DNA of 35,609 nucleotides from Candidatus Saccharimonadia bacterium (GTDB lineage Bacteria; Patescibacteriota; Saccharimonadia; Saccharimonadales; Saccharimonadaceae): positions 1 to 35,609 of the forward strand of contig JALRDS010000049.1 of assembly GCA_023259925.1 (NCBI GenBank). The letters are read 5' to 3'. Position numbers and translations under genes: made by a program. The notes under the pieces are model-generated. The model had not been told where the DNA came from. It did no database searches and worked only from the letters and a program-made list of their open reading frames with translations. The first letter of the stretch is position 1. The number at the start of each line of letters is the position of its first letter. Of this stretch, positions 1 to 7,994 are shown one piece after another.

Positions 1-1645
1 CTTCCGATCTGAAACTAAAGTCCCAGTCGGCATCTGTTTTCTTGTGTGGATTAAAGATGTTCTCAGGGTCGAAAATAGTCTTCACCTCTTTCATGTACCC
101 AAGCACTTCTTCACCATACATATCTTTCAGCCACGGGCCGCGCACCATACCGTCATTATGCTCACCACTTACACTACCCTCATACTTGAGCACCAAATTA
201 TTAACCTCTTTCATTGCTGGCTCTAGTTTTGCACGCTCTTTTGGATCTTCAATTTTCATCAGTGGAATAATATGGAAGTTGCCGTCGCCCATGTGGCCAG
301 CGATAGTTGCAAATAGTTTGTACTTTTTAATGATCTGGCGAATTTGCGGCAGAAACTCAGGTAAATGCTTTGGAGGCACAATTAAATCGTCAATAAACGG
401 AGCTGTGTGCTTATCCTTTACTTTACTGCGAAGCAGCTGAAAACTGTAGCGACGCATAATCCAGAACTTTTCACTCTTTCCTTCAGTAGGATCTTCTTCA
501 AAGCCATTAATTTCATATTTGGCTCGCTGCTTTCCAAGGTCTTTATGTAGTGCTTTAATCTTTTCACGAACCTCATCTTCAGAATTTCCATTAAACTCAA
601 CCATCAAGATGAGCTTAGGAATACCACGAAGGAGTTGTAAGCCGTCTGGAATTAGAGTGATGAGTAGATTTATGAATCGCTTAGGCCCAAGCAGTTTCAA
701 GAAACTCGGCATAAACTTAATTGAGAGCCATAGGGTTGCGTCATCGAAACTTTCAAAGGTTGCAGGTTTATGTTCTAGCACCTTTGGAATTAACTCACCA
801 AGCTTATTAATATCCTTCAAAAAGAGTACCAGTAGACCAGAGTGTTCACGCTTTGGTACCAAGTTAACCGTGCCTTCACTAATCAGGCCTAATGTTCCCT
901 GCGCACCTACAAATAACTTGGTTAAGTCAAAAATGCCCGTTTCCCGATTCCACACATTCCAAAGGTGGTAGCCAGTTGAGTCTTTGCTTACTTTTGGTGC
1001 TGCTGCTTGAATCTCGTCGTAGTGTGCTTCAAGCAACTCAAATGTTCGCTTATACAGATCACCCTCGAAATCACCTTGGCTCATCTTACGCACAAGTTCA
1101 GCTTTATCGATTGGCTTGATTGTATATTCGTTACCATCGGCTAGCACCACTTTAAGTTCAGTGACAAAATTATCAGTCTTGCCATATTCGAGTGATTTCT
1201 CACCACCAGAGTTATTGCTCATCATGCCGCCAACACTTGCTAGGTCACGCGATGCAGGATAGCTTGGCAATAAACTACCATGCTTCAATGTTTCAACTTC
1301 AAAGTCTTTATACATCATGCCAGGTTGTACGCGTGCATGATTACTATCAACTTCAATCATGGTGTTCATGTGCTGCGAAACGTCGAGTACGATAGACTGG
1401 CCAATTGCACCCCCGCTCATGTCGGTTCCACGAGACCGTGGGGTAATACTAAGATTAGGATTATCTTTTTTATTCTTCGCAACAAAGCCAACCACCGCCT
1501 TCAGGTCATCTGTATCTTTAGGAAACCCAACAACGTCTGGTTTTAATTCGAATAGGCTAGCATCGTGGCTATAGAACTCACGTGACTCTTCATCTGTTTT
1601 TAGTTCGCCCTTAAATATTTTCTCAAGTTCTTTTTGAATATCCAT
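1..1645 (-). CDS. FAD-linked oxidase (GlcD / D-lactate dehydrogenase-like flavoprotein), C-terminus cut by window edge
   Basis: Absent from the ORF track because no stop lies inside the window. Manual reverse-complement translation from ATG 1645..1643 gives an open frame: MDIQKELEKIFKGELKTDEESREFYSHDASLFELKPDVVGFPKDTDDLKAVVGFVAKNKKDNPNLSITPRSRGTDMSGGAIGQSIVLDVS... This fits the PCMH-type FAD-binding pattern. An AAGGG SD lies about 5 nt upstream. The + strand ORFs at 42..1574 are antisense shadows. Confidence 0.8.
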   Translation of the reverse strand, partial: MDIQKELEKIFKGELKTDEESREFYSHDASLFELKPDVVGFPKDTDDLKAVVGFVAKNKKDNPNLSITPRSRGTDMSGGAIGQSIVLDVSQHMNTMIEVDSNHARVQPGMMYKDFEVETLKHGSLLPSYPASRDLASVGGMMSNNSGGEKSLEYGKTDNFVTELKVVLADGNEYTIKPIDKAELVRKMSQGDFEGDLYKRTFELLEAHYDEIQAAAPKVSKDSTGYHLWNVWNRETGIFDLTKLFVGAQGTLGLISEGTVNLVPKREHSGLLVLFLKDINKLGELIPKVLEHKPATFESFDDATLWLSIKFMPSFLKLLGPKRFINLLITLIPDGLQLLRGIPKLILMVEFNGNSEDEVREKIKALHKDLGKQRAKYEINGFEEDPTEGKSEKFWIMRRYSFQLLRSKVKDKHTAPFIDDLIVPPKHLPEFLPQIRQIIKKYKLFATIAGHMGDGNFHIIPLMKIEDPKERAKLEPAMKEVNNLVLKYEGSVSGEHNDGMVRGPWLKDMYGEEVLGYMKEVKTIFDPENIFNPHKKTDADWDFSFRSE

Positions 1646-1695
1646 ATTACCCTTATGGTAATAAATCTACATAGTATTAACAAGTAGCTACTCAG

Positions 1696-2370
1696 ATGGG
1701 AGCAGCCAGCATGATACTATTAGTACCAATGAGTAATGCAGTAGTACTTGACTGGGACGGCGTTATTTTCTGCGACGACTTGTATAGGGAAGACTTATTT
1801 GGGATGCTTGCACAATACGTGCCGTCTAGCGAGGTTACTGGGCTATATCAAGAAACGAAAGACTCCAATGGCTTTAACGACATAGCACTTGCAACAGCCG
1901 TGGCACAGCGCGCAGGAGTGAACCCTGAAGAAATAATCAATGCAAGTAACGAGATACTAAGCCGTACTGCAACTAACTATCTTTTTCCTGATGCTATCGA
2001 ATTTATACACCAGGCGCACAAAGCCGGTATACCCCTGCATGTTCTGACGGCAGGCAGCAAACGTATTCAGTCTCATAAAATTAGCTATAGCAATTTGCAG
2101 CAATTCTTTGCCAGCGTCACAGTTGTTCCAGCGCACTCCACAGAACAAGCCAAGCAGCAGGCGCTTGAATCCATGGCAAAAAACTATACAGCAACTCTGT
2201 TTTTTGATGATCGACTCGCCACAATCGTACATCTTCATTCTTTATTAGGCACCAACAATGCTATCACCCCGGTATATGTCAATCGAATACAGACACAGGT
2301 ACATGACTCGCACAAACAAGTAGAAGAACTGAGTGTTCAATGGGTCATTAGTCATTTTGCTTACGGTTAA
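1696..2370 (+). CDS. HAD-superfamily hydrolase
   Basis: 224-aa ORF. HAD motif I is VVLDWDGV (DxDG), motif II LTAGS, motif IV FFDD. The true start may be the Met at 1729 (MSNAVVLDWDG). Confidence 0.6.
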   Translation: MGAASMILLVPMSNAVVLDWDGVIFCDDLYREDLFGMLAQYVPSSEVTGLYQETKDSNGFNDIALATAVAQRAGVNPEEIINASNEILSRTATNYLFPDAIEFIHQAHKAGIPLHVLTAGSKRIQSHKISYSNLQQFFASVTVVPAHSTEQAKQQALESMAKNYTATLFFDDRLATIVHLHSLLGTNNAITPVYVNRIQTQVHDSHKQVEELSVQWVISHFAYG

Positions 2371-2373
2371 ATA

Positions 2374-3528
2374 GTGTATACTCAAAAGCAAATGGCAACA
2401 CCTTTGCACTATATGATTCGCTACAGCGGTCGCGTACTTGGCACCCTAAGGGCTGAGTGGCGTGAGTTACACGGCCGTTATTTCGGCACCATCGAACGGT
2501 TTGATGGCAATGCTGTGGAGATTTGTGAACAAATATCTGCACGACTATGGACCGGGGACTTTTATAAAACGAGCCTTGGACATTTTGATTTTTTTTGGAT
2601 GCGTGATTTTGGTACCGTTGCTGAATCGCTCACTCGTATTGGTCAGGGCGAACGAGTCCGTCACACATTAAAATGGGCATTAAAGCATTGGCGGCGTTCA
2701 GCAGGAGTTACCACGTGTGTCGACAAATATGGTAATTGCTTCAACGCTCCAATGCATGCCGTTGATACACTTCCCTGGCTCCTGCACAGCTTGGTCGTAT
2801 CTGACTATAGGCTCAATAAGCAGGAACGTACGTTTCTTGAACGTGAGCTAAAAAAATATTGCAAAAAATATCTCGATACCACCGGGCATATTCGGCCAAT
2901 TAAATTCGCTGAACAACGCGATGCAGTTATATACGACCGTAGCGCGTATGCCGTGAGCCTAGTTGGCCGTATGGCGTGGTGCGTAAAAGAATTAGAACTT
3001 GATAACTTTCCATACTACATCGGAAAATACCAAGACGAACTGATTACACGCTACTGGAACGGTGAATATTTTAACGCAGACCGAACGACTGATGCCTTCA
3101 GTGCCGAATGTGCGCTATTTCCTTTTTTCCTAGGAGTCATTGAAGACAAAGCGATGGCAAACGCAACATTTGACTATATTACCAACCACAACTACGATGA
3201 CCCTTTTCCAATGATCTATACTAAGCAACCTGCCGCATTCCGCTACCACTGGTGGATGACCGCACCATTTATGCCGCAATATGAAGGCAATACGCTATGG
3301 AGCTGGCATGGTATGTTCTACCTTCATTCCCTTCGAAGGTTTAGTCGCCCTGAGTTTAAAAAACAGCGTGAACGATTTGCCAAAGGTATGATCGAGCAGC
3401 ACAAAACCTTCCCAGAAATGCTCAACAAGGACGGTAGCTGGTATTATGCACCTGTCTATCGCGGCGACCCTGGTATGGTGTGGGCAGCGATGTATATCGA
3501 CCTGGCTCAGCTTGAGCACGCCAGTTGA
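2374..3528 (+). CDS. (alpha/alpha)6-barrel glycoside-hydrolase-like protein (amylo-alpha-1,6-glucosidase / GDE_C-like), soluble paralogue of 32053..33513
   Basis: 384-aa ORF with a GTG start at 2374 (in-frame ATG at 2392). Motifs GHFDFFWMRDFG, YEGNTLWSWHGMFY and TFPEMLNKDG resemble W-x-RD, GG-x-W-x-W and LPE-type motifs of six-hairpin glycosidases. Family assignment is from memory, not a search. Confidence 0.5.
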   Translation: MYTQKQMATPLHYMIRYSGRVLGTLRAEWRELHGRYFGTIERFDGNAVEICEQISARLWTGDFYKTSLGHFDFFWMRDFGTVAESLTRIGQGERVRHTLKWALKHWRRSAGVTTCVDKYGNCFNAPMHAVDTLPWLLHSLVVSDYRLNKQERTFLERELKKYCKKYLDTTGHIRPIKFAEQRDAVIYDRSAYAVSLVGRMAWCVKELELDNFPYYIGKYQDELITRYWNGEYFNADRTTDAFSAECALFPFFLGVIEDKAMANATFDYITNHNYDDPFPMIYTKQPAAFRYHWWMTAPFMPQYEGNTLWSWHGMFYLHSLRRFSRPEFKKQRERFAKGMIEQHKTFPEMLNKDGSWYYAPVYRGDPGMVWAAMYIDLAQLEHAS

Positions 3529-3553
3529 CAAAATAGGTTTATTTTGCTATAGT
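3525..3553 (+). promoter_or_regulatory. sigma70-type promoter TTGACA-N17-TGcTATAGT
   Basis: TTGACA at 3525-3530 overlaps the TGA stop of the upstream gene. A 17-nt spacer is followed by the extended -10 TGCTATAGT at 3545-3553. Predicted start is near G3559/G3560. Confidence 0.6.
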
Positions 3554-3559
3554 ATATCG

Positions 3560-3920
3560 GTAAGTCTTCCTCTACCTAAGGAGTTGAGGACATTGCTCCT
3601 CATTGTGTCGTACATTATGGCCAACCTCGCCGTCGGTTCCGCATGGGTCACCGCCACCTTACTAGGCAGAGCGTTCGCACCCTCGTCGCATTCCCAGATG
3701 GTGGGCAACCTAACGGGTCTAGCTAGCTTCCCGTTTCTCGCGATCTGCGCATACATTTGGATAAGCCATCTTGCTGCGTGGCACGCATTCGTAGGTACGG
3801 CCGGCTTATTTGTAGCCGTATGTATGTGCTCTGTTATCGGCGAAAAGCATGGCTACAACAAGTGGAAGTCCGAAAACTTCTTTTCGCAATGAGGAGTGGC
3901 CCCAATACACCTGGGGCCAC
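3560..3920 (+). ncRNA. unclassified structured RNA candidate (orphan transcription unit between the GH-like gene and dnaK)
   Basis: Near-consensus promoter upstream and a GC hairpin plus T-run at the end. The region is visibly more G+C rich than its neighbours and open in several frames on both strands. A 10-bp perfect long-range complement, CUCCUCAUUG (3596-3605) with CAAUGAGGAG (3887-3896), closes the domain. Nested helices: GCGAAAAG 3840-3847 / CUUUUCGC 3880-3887, UACGGC 3796-3801 / GCCGUA 3815-3820, CGGG 3714-3717 / CCCG 3730-3733, CCACC 3654-3658 / GGUGG 3700-3704. I could not assign a class. Confidence 0.4.
3593..3892 (+). CDS. alternative reading of the same unit: 99-aa three-TM small membrane protein from a TTG start
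   Basis: AAGGAG at 3578-3583 lies 9 nt upstream of TTG 3593, in frame with ORF 3446..3892. The product LLLIVSYIMANLAVGSAWVTATLLG...GLASFPFLAICAYIWISHLAAW...VGTAGLFVAVCMCSVIG...EKHGYNKWKSENFFSQ has three hydrophobic spans. Its C-ending codon bias differs from neighbouring genes, which argues against coding. Confidence 0.25.
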   Translation: MLLIVSYIMANLAVGSAWVTATLLGRAFAPSSHSQMVGNLTGLASFPFLAICAYIWISHLAAWHAFVGTAGLFVAVCMCSVIGEKHGYNKWKSENFFSQ

Positions 3921-3930
3921 TTTCATTTTA
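3896..3930 (+). terminator. intrinsic terminator (may also serve convergent dnaK)
   Basis: Stem GTGGCCCC (3896-3903) / GGGGCCAC (3913-3920) with a 9-nt loop, followed by TTTCATTTT on the + strand. There is no T-run on the minus side. Confidence 0.6.
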
Positions 3931-3954
3931 CAGACATCATGTCCGCTAGAGACA

Positions 3955-5868
3955 TTACTTGCTTTTTTCTGTATCTTTTTCTTCTACAACTTCGCCCTCA
4001 ACTGGTTCATCTTTGCCCGGCTTCGCTTCGCCTTCTTCAGATGCAGGTGCTTCATCCTTGGCGGCCGCTTCGTACAGCTTGGCGCCGATTGGCATAATTT
4101 TGTCATTCAATGCTTTTGCAGCAGCTTCGAGCGCGTCTTTATCTGCAGAGTCGTCTTTTTGCACTTTTTCAGCTTCTTCAACTGCAGATTCAATTTCTTT
4201 TTTATCTTCATCAGAAATCTTATCTTTGTGCTCGTCTGGCAGCTTCTTAGCTTGATAAATTGCGTTCTCGAGTTGGTTGCGCACATCTACCGCTTCACGC
4301 TTCCTCTTATCTTCATCGGCATGTGCTTCAGCTTCTTTTTGCGCTTTCTCAATGTCTTCTTTACTCATATTGCCACTATCTTGAATAGTAACAGAGTTTT
4401 CTTTACCAGTACCCTTATCTTTAGCGGTCACATTCAAAATTCCATTAGCGTCAAGACTGAAGGTTACTTCAATTTGCGGCACACCACGCGGTGCAGGTGC
4501 AATACCGTCTAGAATAAAACGACCGAGCGATTTGTTATCGTTGGCGAATTCGCGCTCACCTTGCAGTACATGAATTTCAACTTGCGGCTGATTATCAGCA
4601 GCGGTACTGAACGTTTCGCTTTTACTCGTAGGAATAGTGGTATTTCGTTCAATCAGCTTCGTTGTTACACCGCCCATAGTCTCAATACCAAGACTCAGCG
4701 GAGTCACGTCAAGCAGCAACACGTCTTTAACGTCACCCTGCAATACACCACCCTGAATCGCCGCACCAATTGCTACTACTTCGTCTGGGTTTACACCTTT
4801 TAGCGGGTCTTTACCAAAGATTGCTTTTACTTTTTCAACCACTGCAGGCATACGGGTCATACCACCTACTAGCACCACTTCGTCAATGTCACTAGCCTTT
4901 ACATCTGCGTCTTTCAGTGCCTTTTCTACTGGCTCTGCTAAGCGTTCAATCAAATCTTTTACTAATTCTTCAAGCTTGCTCTTTGTAAGCGTGTATTCGA
5001 AATGCTTTGGACCATCAGCATCAGCCGTAATGAATGGTAGATTAATCTCGTACTGCGAAGTGCTTGAAAGTTCCTTCTTAGCCTTTTCAGCTTCGTCTTT
5101 AAGACGCTGCATAGCAGCCTTATCGCTCTTAAGGTCAACGCCTTCTTCGTTTTTGAATACTTCAAGGAAATGGTTAACGATACGGTTGTCGAAGTCTTCA
5201 CCGCCCAAGTGGGTATCACCGTTGGTAGAACGCACTTCAAATACGCCGTCACCGAGTTCTAGGATTGATACGTCGAAGGTACCACCACCAAGGTCGAACA
5301 CGGCAATTTTTTCATCTTTTTTGCTTTCGAGCCCGTAAGCCAAGGCGGCTGCAGTTGGTTCGTTAATAATACGCTTCACTTCAAGGCCAGCAATTTTACC
5401 AGCGTCTTTCGTTGCTTGGCGCTGGGAATCATCAAAGTACGCTGGTACAGTAATAACCGCTTCGGTTACCTTTTCACCCAAGAACGCTTCGGCGTCAGCT
5501 TTAATTTTCGTAAGAATCATGGCAGAAACTTCTTCTGGAGTGTAATCCTTACCACCCATTTTTACCGCTACACCATCGCCTTTTTTAACGATCTCGTATG
5601 GCATAATGTCGTGATCTTTTTGCACTTCATCATCAGTAAACTTACGACCAATGAGTCGCTTCACGCCATAAATTGTATCTTTAGCGTTGGTAACACGTTG
5701 ACGTTGAGCAACTTGCCCAACAAGACGCTCACCTTTTTTATTGATAGCTACAACACTTGGCGTTGTTCGATTACCTTCAGCATTAGCAATAACTTCTGGC
5801 TTACCTGCAACCATATAAGCAAATGCGCTGTTTGTTGTACCAAGATCGATGCCAATAATTTTACCCAT
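3955..5868 (-). CDS. dnaK: molecular chaperone DnaK (Hsp70)
   Basis: 637-aa ORF with [17 protein letters not shown] and [10 protein letters not shown] signatures and an acidic C-terminal tail. A GGGG-type SD lies upstream. Confidence 0.98.
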   Translation of the reverse strand: MGKIIGIDLGTTNSAFAYMVAGKPEVIANAEGNRTTPSVVAINKKGERLVGQVAQRQRVTNAKDTIYGVKRLIGRKFTDDEVQKDHDIMPYEIVKKGDGVAVKMGGKDYTPEEVSAMILTKIKADAEAFLGEKVTEAVITVPAYFDDSQRQATKDAGKIAGLEVKRIINEPTAAALAYGLESKKDEKIAVFDLGGGTFDVSILELGDGVFEVRSTNGDTHLGGEDFDNRIVNHFLEVFKNEEGVDLKSDKAAMQRLKDEAEKAKKELSSTSQYEINLPFITADADGPKHFEYTLTKSKLEELVKDLIERLAEPVEKALKDADVKASDIDEVVLVGGMTRMPAVVEKVKAIFGKDPLKGVNPDEVVAIGAAIQGGVLQGDVKDVLLLDVTPLSLGIETMGGVTTKLIERNTTIPTSKSETFSTAADNQPQVEIHVLQGEREFANDNKSLGRFILDGIAPAPRGVPQIEVTFSLDANGILNVTAKDKGTGKENSVTIQDSGNMSKEDIEKAQKEAEAHADEDKRKREAVDVRNQLENAIYQAKKLPDEHKDKISDEDKKEIESAVEEAEKVQKDDSADKDALEAAAKALNDKIMPIGAKLYEAAAKDEAPASEEGEAKPGKDEPVEGEVVEEKDTEKSK

Positions 5869-5921
5869 TGTAGTAGTCCCCTTTCATGAGCTAGAAATAA
5901 GAGTTTTAATCTATATCTATT

Positions 5922-5948
5922 TTAGCACTCCACGCAGTACAGTGCCAA
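5922..5948 (-). promoter_or_regulatory. second, degenerate CIRCE operator in the dnaK 5' UTR
   Basis: TTAGCACTC-N9-CAGTGCCAA on the + strand. The right arm matches 7 of 9 positions of the CIRCE consensus arm GAGTGCTAA. Confidence 0.6.
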
Positions 5949-5958
5949 AACTATTTCT

Positions 5959-5996
5959 AGTGTAAATAATTAGCACTCATGTGTCAAGAGTGCTAA
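5959..5996 (-). promoter_or_regulatory. dnaK promoter overlapping a perfect CIRCE (HrcA operator)
   Basis: Perfect TTAGCACTC-N9-GAGTGCTAA at 5970-5996. Read on the minus strand, the 9-nt spacer carries TTGACA (5987..5982). TACACT (5964..5959) lies 17 nt downstream. Confidence 0.8.
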
Positions 5997-6016
5997 TTAT
6001 TTATGAAGAGCAGATA

Positions 6017-6394
6017 CTACTTAATACTCTTTAGCCATGTTTCGGCTTTCTCTTTGGACTGAAAAAACTTATATTGCTCGCTATGCCCCGACAGGCGAAT
6101 CATAAAGTTAACCACAGTCTGAAGAGCTACGTTCTTACTCATGCCGGTTATTGCAGTAGGGACAGAGCCATTTTTCATAGAATCAGTCGCTACTTTACGT
6201 GCTTCGGTGTCGTACCCCTGATTATCGCTCAGATCAACGAGACAAACCGGACGTTGTCCTTCGGCCTCTATTGCTTTAACTTCCTCTTGAAATTTTGCTA
6301 TTGCGAGCTTTATATCACGTGCGTCAGGCCTGCCATGGGATACTATGTAAATGATATTTCCTTTTGGATATACTTCTGTGCCTACGGGTGTCAT
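6017..6394 (-). CDS. STAS / SpoIIAA-like domain protein (hypothetical)
   Basis: The ORF track gives 6017..6418. I prefer the Met at 6394 (MTPVGTEVY) because TGCTATACT sits 6 nt upstream, indicating a leaderless start. The C-terminal FFQSKEKAETWL resembles STAS-like domain ends. Confidence 0.45.
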   Translation of the reverse strand: MTPVGTEVYPKGNIIYIVSHGRPDARDIKLAIAKFQEEVKAIEAEGQRPVCLVDLSDNQGYDTEARKVATDSMKNGSVPTAITGMSKNVALQTVVNFMIRLSGHSEQYKFFQSKEKAETWLKSIK

Positions 6395-6464
6395 AGCCGA
6401 AGTATAGCACAAAAGCAATTTCGGACTCTGAACCCATACTGAGAGGCCAGCAAAAGGCTCCGCG

Positions 6465-6962
6465 TTATAGTCCAGCTCCGTTTGAAGACCATAGCCCCCA
6501 GCCGCGTCGATTACCGTTGCTGTCTTGTCTGTAGTCTAAATTAGCGTTCGCTAGCTCCACCGATGGCAGCGGCCCAGTTGGCACTAAACGAATTATTTTA
6601 TATGCAGTACCATATGCACTCCAACAGTATGCATAGTATCCACCAATGCCATCATCGGGGATGCGCGGGATACTTGAAATATAGGTTGGGGCAAGACCTG
6701 GGATATTCAACGTATTGGTCGGCCCAGCCGTTGTATTTGAGCTTGTAGTGCCGCTATAGGGATAATGACCGTTTTCTGCGTAATACAGCTGCAGAGCTTT
6801 ATTAATTGTCGCTATATCTTGCTGCATAACACTGTAGCGCGCTCTTTGTTGTATCCCGTTATACGCAACAACAGAAATTGCCGCCAATATAGCTATGACC
6901 ACAATTACTATCAATAGTTCTACGATTGTGAAACCTTTATTCATATTCTTACGAATAGTCAT
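6465..6962 (-). CDS. type IV pilin-like protein (prepilin N-terminal cleavage/methylation domain)
   Basis: Leader MTIRKNMNKG followed by FTIVELLIVIVVIAILAAISVVAYNGIQ. Start moved from 7040 to 6962 because the longer ORF overlaps the upstream pilin. Confidence 0.85.
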   Translation of the reverse strand: MTIRKNMNKGFTIVELLIVIVVIAILAAISVVAYNGIQQRARYSVMQQDIATINKALQLYYAENGHYPYSGTTSSNTTAGPTNTLNIPGLAPTYISSIPRIPDDGIGGYYAYCWSAYGTAYKIIRLVPTGPLPSVELANANLDYRQDSNGNRRGWGLWSSNGAGL

Positions 6963-6966
6963 AGCA

Positions 6967-7434
6967 CTAGTTCGCCCAACTAGCCCAGGTTGAGCTTGCG
7001 TTATCGTACCCAAGACTGCCGCCGTTTGACCACGTTTCACTTAAGAAGTCACACGTTGTTTGGCCGTATAGCGTAGAGCTGTGCTGTGACACAGCCCCAT
7101 CGACGTATTTGTACTGCCGCCCGGATTTCGAGCGTGCACTAAGAGCAAACCTGTTTGTTGACTCGTTGCGACAATAATATAGATTATTTTGGTCGACTTT
7201 ATAAGAGCCTTTGCTAACAGTAAGACCCATTGCCTGTGTGGGCGCTACTACAACACCACTTACAACTGCTTGTGCTGCCATTTTTTTACCTAGATTCGAT
7301 AAATCGGACTGTACAGCTGTGTCATTCGCTCTATCTTGAATACCATTGTATGCAACGATAGAAATACTTGCTAAAATTGCGATCACCACAATGACAATTA
7401 ACAACTCAACGATAGTAAACCCTTGATTCTTCAT
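6967..7434 (-). CDS. type IV pilin-like protein
   Basis: MKNQG/FTIVELLIVIVVIAILASISIVAYNGIQ. The start overlaps the stop of the upstream pilin (TAATG). Confidence 0.85.
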   Translation of the reverse strand: MKNQGFTIVELLIVIVVIAILASISIVAYNGIQDRANDTAVQSDLSNLGKKMAAQAVVSGVVVAPTQAMGLTVSKGSYKVDQNNLYYCRNESTNRFALSARSKSGRQYKYVDGAVSQHSSTLYGQTTCDFLSETWSNGGSLGYDNASSTWASWAN

Positions 7435-7946
7435 TAGTTTAACTTCACGTAATAGTTCATACCATACGACGTATCCCAGCTAGCCGCACCAGAACACGTT
7501 CCATCAACGTCAGAGCTAGTTTGCGGCAGCGTCTCAAGATGGGCGTAATAAAATGTACCAGCCCCACAGCTATACTTCATATATGCAAAACACCCCACTC
7601 CACTACAAGAAGTCAATCCACTCGGATCACGCAGCTCCTTTGATAAGTAGCCGCCAGAAAGCAGGCATGTATTGATTGGGACGTATGGCCCTGTGCCGTC
7701 ATAGTCATTTGCCAACCAACCACTACCACTACCATTTCCGCAATTAAGTTCAGCGTAATCTCCCTTGTCAACAGAATATAATTTTGTGGCATTCGATAGT
7801 TGCGATAAGTCTGACTTACGGGCCGTATCCCTAGCCCTCGACTGAATGCCGTTATAGGCAACAATAGAAATACTCGCTAAGATTGCGATCACCACAATAA
7901 CAATCAGCAGCTCAACAATCGTAAAACCGTTTATGGTTTTTCTCAT
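7434..7946 (-). CDS. type IV pilin-like protein, Cys-containing C-terminal domain
   Basis: MRKTING/FTIVELLIVIVVIAILASISIVAYNGIQ. Start taken at Met 7946 rather than 7967. Confidence 0.85.
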   Translation of the reverse strand: MRKTINGFTIVELLIVIVVIAILASISIVAYNGIQSRARDTARKSDLSQLSNATKLYSVDKGDYAELNCGNGSGSGWLANDYDGTGPYVPINTCLLSGGYLSKELRDPSGLTSCSGVGCFAYMKYSCGAGTFYYAHLETLPQTSSDVDGTCSGAASWDTSYGMNYYVKLN

Positions 7947-7994
7947 ATACAAATTGTAGCACAGCACATACAGTCGCGCTGAAGTGGCAGAATA

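Noticed and set aside
42-1574. Plus-strand ORFs 42..440, 519..971, 892..1119, 1192..1395, 1280..1546 and 1359..1574
   Set aside because: All lie antisense to one continuous minus-strand frame (FAD-linked oxidase, 1..1645) with recognisable motifs. The + strand products are low-complexity and lack SD sites.
3560-3930. RNase P RNA, tmRNA, SRP RNA or 6S RNA assignment for the structured unit downstream of dnaK
   Set aside because: Fragments reminiscent of RNase P occur: CCGGCUUAU and GGAAGUCCG on the + strand, GAGGAAGAC and GGGUGCGAACGC on the minus strand. They lie on opposite strands and in the wrong order. There is no GAGGAAAGUCC, no tRNA-like T-arm (GGUUCGAAUCC) or CCA-end acceptor for tmRNA, and no GGAAGCAGC SRP motif. 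The class is left open.
3757-5889. Plus-strand ORFs inside dnaK (3757..4512, 3849..4097, 3959..4255, 4561..4803, 4886..5338, 5416..5889) and the nested minus ORF 4962..5252
   Set aside because: These are shadow ORFs of a highly conserved dnaK frame. Their products are Ser/Phe/Leu-rich nonsense typical of antisense translation. The same reasoning applies to the + ORFs inside ftsH (17580..18914), the ABC genes (8221..9827) and murJ.
6465-7946. Repeated FTIVELLIVIVVIAILA-coding segments as a DNA repeat family or mobile element
   Set aside because: The five copies use different synonymous codons. They are the N-termini of intact pilin ORFs, so this is protein-level conservation and not a repeat element.
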